DNA from: a virus
Lineage: Duplodnaviria > Caudoviricetes
IMG/VR virus record: IMGVR_UViG_3300044452_000142
Location: 1 to 46,762 of that record
Direction: 5' to 3' (one strand)
Length of the DNA: 46,762 nucleotides
Part shown: positions 1 through 6,486 of the stretch, in pieces
Layout of the letters: each line of letters begins with the position of its first letter
How positions within the stretch are numbered: position 1 is the first letter of the stretch
The notes under the pieces: generated by a model
Databases searched by the model: none
What the model was told of the DNA's origin: nothing
The model's input: only the letters and a program-made list of their open reading frames with translations
Made by a program: the position numbers and the translations under genes

Positions 1-13
1 CGCAAAAAAGTAC

Positions 14-42
14 TTGACAAACGCCTAAACACCCCCTAGTTT
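14..42 (+). promoter_or_regulatory. Early sigma70-type promoter P1
   Basis: TTGACA (14-19), 17 bp spacer, TAGTTT (37-42). A-tract upstream. Near-identical context at 2734-2762. Confidence 0.75.
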
Positions 43-86
43 CTATTCAAGACGCCAATCGGGGCGCGCAAAAATGGAGAATCAAA

Positions 87-548
87 ATGACAAATTTAGT
101 AAACTTAAAAAAGTATGACTTGAGCGGCAAAAACTTGAACGGCAAAAATTTGGAAGGCGCAAGGTTGATCGACGCAAACTTGCGCAATGCAGACTTAGAC
201 AGCGCGGACTTGAGCGGCGCGGACTTGAGCGGCGCGGACTTGAGCGGCGCAAATTTGACCGGCGCAAGGTTGATTGACGCAAACTTGAACGGCGCAAACT
301 TGATTAATGCCGACTTGACTGCTGCAAACTTATACAACGCTAACGCAGCTCTTGCAGACTTTTATAGCGCTGATTTGGCCGGCGCTGACTTGGCCAACGC
401 TAAGTTAGCCAACGCTAACTTAGCCGGTGCTAACTTAGCTGGCGCTGACCTGGCCGGCGCTGACCTAGCCAGCGCAGACTTAAACGGCGCGAATTTGCGC
501 AATGCAGACTTAGACGGCGCAGATTTGAGCGGCGCAATCGGACTATGA
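87..548 (+). CDS. Pentapeptide-repeat protein 1
   Basis: Continuous A(D/N)Lxx repeats; GGAG RBS upstream of the ATG. Confidence 0.92.
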   Translation: MTNLVNLKKYDLSGKNLNGKNLEGARLIDANLRNADLDSADLSGADLSGADLSGANLTGARLIDANLNGANLINADLTAANLYNANAALADFYSADLAGADLANAKLANANLAGANLAGADLAGADLASADLNGANLRNADLDGADLSGAIGL

Positions 549-573
549 CACCCACACACAAGGAACCAAGCCA

Positions 574-1065
574 ATGAAGATGACTACATATGACGCTGCA
601 AAAGTTTTGGGTTTAACTGGATCAATCGACCCAGACATGACTGCCAAGGCGTACAAGCAAGCGGTTTTCAAATATCACCCCGACCGCAATCCCGCGGGTG
701 AAGCAATGATGAAAGCCGTCAACGCCGCTTATGAAACGCTAAAAAGTTTTAGCGGCGATGTGAAAGAGCAAGACACGAACTACGGCGATCAATTCAATGA
801 CGCGCTAAACGCGATCATCAATCTACAATACGACCTTGTAGTTGAAATTTGCGGCGCGTGGATATGGGTGTCGGGCGATACGCGGCCGCACAAAGATGCA
901 CTGAAAACCGCTGGCTATCGGTGGGCGAGCAAAAAGAAAATGTGGCACTTTCGCCCGGCCGCTTACAAAAGTCGTTCACGCGGCGCAACGACAATGGACG
1001 AGATTCGCACCAAATACGGCGTCAAGAAGCCGATGGGCACGGGCTTTGATCGCCTGAGTGCGTAA
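574..1065 (+). CDS. J-domain (DnaJ-like) protein with a C-terminal basic/aromatic domain
   Basis: N-terminal AAKVLGL...KAYKQAVFKYHPDRNP...MKAVNAAYETL carries the HPD motif; AAGGA RBS. Confidence 0.88.
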   Translation: MKMTTYDAAKVLGLTGSIDPDMTAKAYKQAVFKYHPDRNPAGEAMMKAVNAAYETLKSFSGDVKEQDTNYGDQFNDALNAIINLQYDLVVEICGAWIWVSGDTRPHKDALKTAGYRWASKKKMWHFRPAAYKSRSRGATTMDEIRTKYGVKKPMGTGFDRLSA

Positions 1066-1127
1066 TTGATATCGCGATGCGCCCGATCGGTTCGGGCGCA
1101 TAGCCGTATCAATCTTGGTGCGATCAC
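1066..1127 (+). repeat. 62-bp structured intergenic repeat, copy 1
   Basis: TTGATATCGCGATGCGCCCGATCGGTTCGGGCGCATAGCCGTATCAATCTTGGTGCGATCAC; other copies at 3469 and 3691; folds into a hairpin with an internal loop. Confidence 0.9.
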
Positions 1128-1146
1128 GCAAAAACGGAGAATCAAA

Positions 1147-2013
1147 ATGTCAAATTCGGCAAACTTAAAAAAGTATTTCTTGTTCGGCAAAAATCAGAGG
1201 AACGCAAGATTGATCGACGCGGACTTGCGCAATGAAGACTTAGCTTACATAGACCTAAGCGGCTCAGATTTGAACGGCTCAGATTTGAGTGGCGCAAGGT
1301 TAATTGACGCAAAATTGCGCGGCGCAGATTTAGCTTATGCAGACTTAGCTTATGCAGACCTAAGCGGCGCGCAATTGATTGACGTGGACTTGCGCTGCGC
1401 GAAATTGATTGGCGCGAAATTGATTGGCACGGACCTAAACGGCGCGAATTTGCTTGATGCGGGCCTAAGCGGCGCGAATTTGACCGGCGCGGACCTAAAC
1501 GGCGCGAATTTGCTTGACGCGGACCTAAACGGCGCGAAACTGACTGGCGCGAAATTAATTGACGCAGACCTGAGTTGCACAAAATTGACCGGCGCGGACC
1601 TAGCCGGCGCGGACCTAACCGGCGCGAAATTGCTTGACGCGGACCTAAGCGGCGCGAAATTGACCGGCGCGAAATTGGTTGACACAGACCTAGGCTGCGC
1701 AAAATTGGTCGACGCAGAATTGCGCAATGCGGATTTATCCTATGTAGAATTAGACGGCGCAGACTTAGAGGGCTCAGACTTAAGCGGCTCAAATTTGAGT
1801 TGCGCGTGCTTGCGTCGCGCTAAATTGACTGGCGCGAAATTGACTGATGTAGACTTGACTGATGCAAACTTGATTAGGGCAGAATTGACTGCTGCAAACT
1901 TATACAACGCCAACCTAGCTCATGCAGAATTGTATGGCGCAGATTTAACGAACGCAGATTTAACTGGCGCCGATCTAACCGACGCAAATCTAACCAACGC
2001 AATCGGACTATGA
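1147..2013 (+). CDS. Pentapeptide-repeat protein 2
   Basis: Long A(D/K/N)Lxx repeat. Start moved from TTG 1066 to ATG 1147 because the leader GGAGAATCAAAATG and N-terminus (NLKKY) match gene 1. Confidence 0.92.
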   Translation: MSNSANLKKYFLFGKNQRNARLIDADLRNEDLAYIDLSGSDLNGSDLSGARLIDAKLRGADLAYADLAYADLSGAQLIDVDLRCAKLIGAKLIGTDLNGANLLDAGLSGANLTGADLNGANLLDADLNGAKLTGAKLIDADLSCTKLTGADLAGADLTGAKLLDADLSGAKLTGAKLVDTDLGCAKLVDAELRNADLSYVELDGADLEGSDLSGSNLSCACLRRAKLTGAKLTDVDLTDANLIRAELTAANLYNANLAHAELYGADLTNADLTGADLTDANLTNAIGL

Positions 2014-2038
2014 CACCTACACACAAGGAACCAAACCA

Positions 2039-2620
2039 ATGAAACAATACACCGAATTGTTAACAGCCATCGCGGCACACCTCGGCGCGCCGTGGAAATT
2101 TAACAAGCTGAAACAAGGATCGTCTTGGCAACGCGAATTGATAGACGGTCAAGGGCGCACGCTCTTGTTTATAAGCGACCCTCGTTTTCCAAATAAGTTT
2201 GAGATCGCGGGCATAATGGATTCCGGATTTGCTTTCAAAAGCAACGGCTCTCGCCTTTCGATTAAAGTAAGCGTACGCCGCACCGCTAAGGCGCTCGCGA
2301 ACGACATAAAACGTCGGTTGCTGCCCGAATATTTTGAAATATTTAGCGGAGCGCGCGAGTATGCGCTTGTAAGAAAAAAAGAAATCGAAAGATTCGATGA
2401 TTTCACCCACGCATTCATGACAGCGACGGGCGGCAAAAAAGATGACAATCGCTGGAATGATGCATGCAGAATCGTTCGGCTTGAATACCCAAACAATCCT
2501 GATAAATTTCATACCATAGCACAGCTACATCGTTATGATGACAAGATAGCTATGCGCCTGTCGAAACTCACATTCGAGCAAGCCGTTAAAATTGCAAACA
2601 TTTTGCGCGATACGGCTTAA
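2039..2620 (+). CDS. Hypothetical early protein
   Basis: 193-aa ORF with the conserved leader ACACAAGGAACCAAACCAATG. Confidence 0.8.
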   Translation: MKQYTELLTAIAAHLGAPWKFNKLKQGSSWQRELIDGQGRTLLFISDPRFPNKFEIAGIMDSGFAFKSNGSRLSIKVSVRRTAKALANDIKRRLLPEYFEIFSGAREYALVRKKEIERFDDFTHAFMTATGGKKDDNRWNDACRIVRLEYPNNPDKFHTIAQLHRYDDKIAMRLSKLTFEQAVKIANILRDTA

Positions 2621-2650
2621 AAAAATAGGGGCAGCCAAAGCTGCCCCTAT
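2619..2650 (-). terminator. Intrinsic terminator, U-tract on the - strand
   Basis: Perfect 11-bp stem ATAGGGGCAGC-CAAA-GCTGCCCCTAT with A7 on the left (T7 on the - strand). Confidence 0.8.
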
Positions 2651-2684
2651 CCCACCACATCTAGGAACACTACCAATGTAGAGC
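2619..2684 (-). ncRNA. Putative ~65-nt small RNA
   Basis: Bounded by a - strand TTGACA-16-TATAAT promoter and a - strand terminator; the interval holds no ORF. Confidence 0.55.
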
Positions 2685-2689
2685 CATCC

Positions 2690-2717
2690 ATTATACACGT
2701 TTAAAAATTTTTGTCAA
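2690..2717 (-). promoter_or_regulatory. Consensus leftward sigma70 promoter
   Basis: On the - strand: TTGACA (2717-2712), 16 bp spacer, TATAAT (2695-2690). Confidence 0.7.
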
Positions 2718-2733
2718 GCCCGTAAAAAAGTAC

Positions 2734-2762
2734 TTGACATTGATCCAAACACCCCCTAGATA
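2734..2762 (+). promoter_or_regulatory. Early promoter P2
   Basis: TTGACA-17-TAGATA; shares AAAAAAGTACTTGACA and AAACACCCCCTAG with P1. Confidence 0.7.
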
Positions 2763-2804
2763 AGAACCACCACAGCACGAACACAAGCAAAAGGAATAAG
2801 CAAA

Positions 2805-2984
2805 ATGCTCACACAAAAACAGGTTAACTGGGCATTAGGTCATGATTGGGCAATTGGAACGAATGAAAATGGCTCATTGATCGTTCGTTCTAGCGAATGG
2901 AATGCGAGAACTTCAGAATATTCTGCAAATGAAATGACATGGATCGGCTCGTTTGCAAAATTGCGCGAATGGGCAGGATATTAA
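2805..2984 (+). CDS. Small Trp-rich hypothetical protein (59 aa, not in the ORF track)
   Basis: AAGGA RBS; MLTQKQVNWALGHDW...KLREWAGY*; first gene after P2. Confidence 0.75.
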   Translation: MLTQKQVNWALGHDWAIGTNENGSLIVRSSEWNARTSEYSANEMTWIGSFAKLREWAGY

Positions 2985-3013
2985 AATAGTCACGAACACA
3001 AGGGACCAAACCA

Positions 3014-3472
3014 ATGGTTTACACAATTGTCCATGAGACCAAAAAAGCATATAAAATTCAAGCCGACGACGGCTTTGAGTTTTGGATTCAAAAACGCTGG
3101 TGGAAAGCTGGCGAGCTTACGCCTGCTGGTCATAAGTCGGAACAGACAGCGCGTACCGAGAATCAAGAAGATGATCGAATCGACGTTGAGCACGATTGCG
3201 ACTGGCAGAACGACAAGTGTATCGCAATCGACTACTGTGCTACGTTTACCTTGTCGTCAAGCATACGGCGCACACACGCGCATGACAAGCGCATTCGCGT
3301 TTTTATTCCCCGCGCATTTTTGAACGACGGAAAAATTCGTTTTTACAAGCTGATAAAATTTATCCGCCGAGCACTAGATGATGCGAATCTTCCGAACGGC
3401 TACATGATAATGCACCGATGGAACGAGCACTCTGACATTGGAATTAGCTTGTGGGTAACGCAATCCAATTGA
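3014..3472 (+). CDS. Hypothetical early protein
   Basis: 152-aa ORF with the leader ACACAAGGGACCAAACCAATG. Confidence 0.78.
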   Translation: MVYTIVHETKKAYKIQADDGFEFWIQKRWWKAGELTPAGHKSEQTARTENQEDDRIDVEHDCDWQNDKCIAIDYCATFTLSSSIRRTHAHDKRIRVFIPRAFLNDGKIRFYKLIKFIRRALDDANLPNGYMIMHRWNEHSDIGISLWVTQSN

Positions 3473-3530
3473 TATCGCGGTGCGCCCGATCGATTTGGGC
3501 GCATAGCCGTATCAATGTTGGTGCGATCAC
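3469..3530 (+). repeat. 62-bp structured intergenic repeat, copy 2
   Basis: Near-identical to 1066-1127; overlaps the TGA stop of the upstream gene. Confidence 0.9.
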
Positions 3531-3556
3531 ACACACACATACAAGGAACCAAACCA

Positions 3557-3694
3557 ATGATCACTGACTACAGCATCACGGATGAAACCATAGCGGCATT
3601 CGAAATATGGGCTTTTGACGCCGAGGCAGACGCAATGCTTTTCGGCGACGAAACAGATACAGACTTTGCAGATTTGCAAACTATTGGCTGTTGA
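3557..3694 (+). CDS. Very acidic 45-aa protein (not in the ORF track)
   Basis: Conserved leader ACAAGGAACCAAACCAATG; MITDYSITDETIAAFEIWAFDAEADAMLFGDETDTDFADLQTIGC*. Confidence 0.75.
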   Translation: MITDYSITDETIAAFEIWAFDAEADAMLFGDETDTDFADLQTIGC

Positions 3695-3752
3695 TATCGC
3701 GGTGCGCCCGGATCAATCGGGCGCATAGCCGTATCAATCTTGGTGCGATCAC
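3691..3752 (+). repeat. 62-bp structured intergenic repeat, copy 3
   Basis: Near-identical to the other two copies; overlaps a TGA stop. Confidence 0.9.
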
Positions 3753-3771
3753 AGCATAGGAATTTGAGATA

Positions 3772-4170
3772 ATGAGCAAAACCGCCACACGTTATGACTA
3801 TTCGACGGATTCCGAACCGCGGAATTTTTATGAAAAGCTAATCCGCAAAGGCATTGACCTTCACGAGTATAGTTTAACCGGGCTTGACCTGAGCGGAATT
3901 AACTTGTGCGGGGCCGATCTCCGTGGACTTGATCTGCGCAGGATTGATCTGCGCGGGGCCGACATGAAAGGAGTTGATCTGCGTGGAGCTAATTTAGAAG
4001 ACGCTGTCCTGGCCGAAACGAGTTTGAAAGGTGCGGATATGCGTGGGACTTGTTTGGATGCTGCGGATATGCGAGGGGCCGACATGAAAGGAGCTGATCT
4101 GTGTGGGGCCAGTTTCGAGGGCGCCGACTTTACTGATGCTCGTTTAGAAGGCATAAGGGGGTTCGATTGA
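3772..4170 (+). CDS. Pentapeptide-repeat protein 3
   Basis: AD(L/M)(R/K)G repeats; AGGA RBS. Confidence 0.9.
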   Translation: MSKTATRYDYSTDSEPRNFYEKLIRKGIDLHEYSLTGLDLSGINLCGADLRGLDLRRIDLRGADMKGVDLRGANLEDAVLAETSLKGADMRGTCLDAADMRGADMKGADLCGASFEGADFTDARLEGIRGFD

Positions 4171-4200
4171 TAGCGCAGCGCGCTCGATCTAGCGAACCGC

Positions 4201-4230
4201 AATGCCCGCCCCGGAGGCGGGCATTTTTTT
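4201..4230 (+). terminator. Intrinsic terminator ending the first early block
   Basis: AATGCCCGCC-CCGGA-GGCGGGCATT running into a T-run. Confidence 0.88.
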
Positions 4231-4404
4231 GCGCGCGCGCGCATACCATTGATATTTTTACACAAAAAAACCTATGCGCTTCAATAGCTTGCGTAAAGAG
4301 CCCCGCCAAATTTCTTTCAAAACCGCCCGTTCAATTTTGACAAAATGACCGTTTCGATGCAAAACAAAATAGACAGGAAAGCTAGGGCAAATTTCAAAAG
4401 TACC

Positions 4405-4433
4405 TTGACAAAACCCCCAGGTTTTAGTAATGT
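4405..4433 (+). promoter_or_regulatory. Promoter P3
   Basis: TTGACA-17-TAATGT, preceded by AAAAGTAC. Confidence 0.7.
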
Positions 4434-4486
4434 TATGGTGCTCGAATCAAAACGGCGAGTTGACAGTCAAGCAAGGAAAAATCGGT

Positions 4487-4780
4487 ATGGCATACACAGA
4501 AGCATGGGAACGGCGGAATATGCTAGAAGCATATAGGATCGCAGCAAATATGCCCGGGTATAACGCCGGACACAACAAAAACCCGATGACGCATTTGACG
4601 CGGGTCAAACACGGCCCGCTTGAAGTGGATCTCATGAATCGCAGCATTGAAGATGCATCGGCGACAATGGCCGCGTATCTCAGTTACGGAGCGGAATATG
4701 TTGAGATATTTAAATTGACCAAAGATATGGAGTTAGAGACAACCTATCAAAACCGGAAAAAGGAAAACAAAAATGGGTGA
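4487..4780 (+). CDS. Hypothetical protein
   Basis: Start at ATG 4487 after AAGGA (MAYTEAWERRN...). Confidence 0.7.
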   Translation: MAYTEAWERRNMLEAYRIAANMPGYNAGHNKNPMTHLTRVKHGPLEVDLMNRSIEDASATMAAYLSYGAEYVEIFKLTKDMELETTYQNRKKENKNG

Positions 4781-4929
4781 AGAATGGCGCGCGCTTACCG
4801 CTGCAATCGAAAAAGCGGAACAAAAAATTGAGGAAGAAAAAACGGCGCATAACGGAAATTGAGAAAATAGAACGAAAACTTGAAACGACTTACCAAAACT
4901 GGAAAAAGGCAAATAGAAATGCGCAATAA
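4773..4929 (+). pseudogene. Frameshifted small coiled-coil gene
   Basis: Stops at 4862. Removing one A from A6 (4837-4842) gives ...EEEKRRITEIEKIERKLETTYQNWKKANRNAQ, which matches the C-terminus of the previous gene. Confidence 0.55.
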
Positions 4930-5140
4930 ATATCCGGGCCAATGCTATCGATGCGGCGAATGAGTAGCAGCCGGTGAAGGGCATTTTGAACAAGTCTCGA
5001 GCAGGACAATGGAAAGACTAGGATTAGCCGGCGTCAAAAGCCGCTGGCTAGTTCAGCACGCCGAGCGCGCAATCAAATATCGCGGAACTGATCATACTTA
5101 TTGGAAAAAGGAAAACAAAGATGACAACAAAACCGCGTGA
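4919..5140 (+). pseudogene. Small Zn-finger-like gene with an in-frame TGA
   Basis: MRNKYPGQCYRCGE*VAAGEGHFEQ...WLVQHAERAIKYRG; CxxC motif; internal stop at 4961-4963. Confidence 0.6.
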
Positions 5141-5375
5141 AAAATTGCGCGCGTTTACCGCTACGATTGAGATTTACGAGCAAGTGAAAAAAGAAATTGA
5201 AAAACAAAAACAAGACTTAGATAGGATTAATCAAATAGAACAGGAGACCAAGAAAATAGAACAGGAGACCAAGAAAATAAGAATAAGGTTTGAAGAAAGA
5301 GAACAAAAAATAGCAAAGATGCTAAACAAATTAAATAGCTTAAATTCTTTATGGGAAAAAGGAAAACAGGAATGA
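5121..5375 (+). CDS. Coiled-coil hypothetical protein
   Basis: Heptad-rich; exact 21-bp tandem duplication (IEQETKK x2) at 5233-5274. Confidence 0.72.
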   Translation: MTTKPREKLRAFTATIEIYEQVKKEIEKQKQDLDRINQIEQETKKIEQETKKIRIRFEEREQKIAKMLNKLNSLNSLWEKGKQE

Positions 5376-5917
5376 CGAAAAAAACTTTAAATGACATAAT
5401 TTTATCTGTCAAACCAGTTTATGCGGAGAAAATTCTCACAGGTGAAAAGACTGTTGAATTGCGCCGCCGTTTCCCTGTAGCGGATTCAAGTGGGGCTATC
5501 GCGTATATCTATTCGAGTTTTCCAACAAAAGCGATAGTCGGAATGGCATTTATCCGCGAGGTTTTAAAGCTTTCAGTTGAGCAGATCTGGATTAAGTTTG
5601 AAAATTTGGTCTGCATAGAACGCTCGTTATTCAATAAATATTTTGAAGGACGGGAGCACGGCCACGTAATTATCTTTGATAGCACAAAACCATTTTTGCG
5701 GCCATTACCGCTTAACAAACTTCGTGAAAAATTCGGTTTCAAGCCACCACAGTCTTTCCTTTACGCAAAACATGATTTGAAAAAAGCCCTTGAAATTCAT
5801 GCATGGCATGAAGTGTTGAGCAAACGGCAAGAACGCCTCGACAAAGAATTTGAATTAGTTATTTTTGATGACTTAGACAGTCTTTGTGAGGCTTGGAAGC
5901 AAGACTCTAACTTTTAA
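5372..5917 (+). CDS. ASCH-domain protein
   Basis: IILSVKPVYAEKILTGEKTVELRR (GxKxxExR) and PPQSF motifs. Confidence 0.88.
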   Translation: MTKKTLNDIILSVKPVYAEKILTGEKTVELRRRFPVADSSGAIAYIYSSFPTKAIVGMAFIREVLKLSVEQIWIKFENLVCIERSLFNKYFEGREHGHVIIFDSTKPFLRPLPLNKLREKFGFKPPQSFLYAKHDLKKALEIHAWHEVLSKRQERLDKEFELVIFDDLDSLCEAWKQDSNF

Positions 5918-5935
5918 ACTATCGTGGTGTTTAAA

Positions 5936-6235
5936 ATGCAACAAGATTGGTACATAGTCCGGCACAGGAAAACAGGCGCGTATATGCCTGAAATGGGACG
6001 TGGCTACACATATTGGGAAGCCGAACCAACAACAGCTAAACCACGACTTTTTCCAACCGCCCGTGGCGCTCGAATGGCCATACAGGCGTGGGCAAGAGGT
6101 GAACACAAAACTGAACATTGTGAGTCGGTTGACTGGGGTGGGTACGATCAAAAGTCTTTTGTAGGAATCATCCCCGGAACTGAACGAGATGCCGCACAAT
6201 TAGAAGTGCGGCCGGTTTTAATTGTTGTTAAATAA
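5936..6235 (+). CDS. Hypothetical protein
   Basis: Similar to the C-terminal third of 6479-7162; start codon uncertain. Confidence 0.72.
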   Translation: MQQDWYIVRHRKTGAYMPEMGRGYTYWEAEPTTAKPRLFPTARGARMAIQAWARGEHKTEHCESVDWGGYDQKSFVGIIPGTERDAAQLEVRPVLIVVK

Positions 6236-6255
6236 AGAACTGGAGGATTACAATA

Positions 6256-6486
6256 ATGTGCGATGATCACAAAAATTTAATTATGGACAACTCAAAAACT
6301 ATACGTGATCTCATAGATCGAAAAAGACGTGACTTGATAAATGGGGCGTTAAAGAATGCTAAAGGTGAAGTTTCTGAAATGTATTATGAGGGTATGCGTG
6401 TAGCATTTGCAGAATGTCAAAAACTTGCAGAAAGTTTTGTAAGTGTCCCTGTAAAGATAAATGTAGAAGAAAATAATCATGGCTAA
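6256..6486 (+). CDS. Hypothetical protein
   Basis: GGAGG RBS; 76 aa. Confidence 0.72.
   Translation: MCDDHKNLIMDNSKTIRDLIDRKRRDLINGALKNAKGEVSEMYYEGMRVAFAECQKLAESFVSVPVKINVEENNHG

Noticed and set aside
1066-1146. N-terminal extension of pentapeptide gene 2 from TTG 1066
   Set aside because: The segment is the non-coding repeat; the RBS and paralog alignment support ATG 1147.
47-1792. Antisense ORFs with KSAP/RRS repeats over the pentapeptide genes
   Set aside because: Shadow frames produced by the 15-bp periodic coding repeats; no RBS or promoter support.
1066-3752. 62-bp repeats as a CRISPR array or as terminators
   Set aside because: Spacing is irregular with whole genes between copies, there is no cas operon, and no U-tract follows the hairpins.
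4961-4963. Genome-wide TGA recoding
   Set aside because: TGA terminates many clearly complete genes (for example at 548, 2013 and 4170), and the long genes are open in the standard code.
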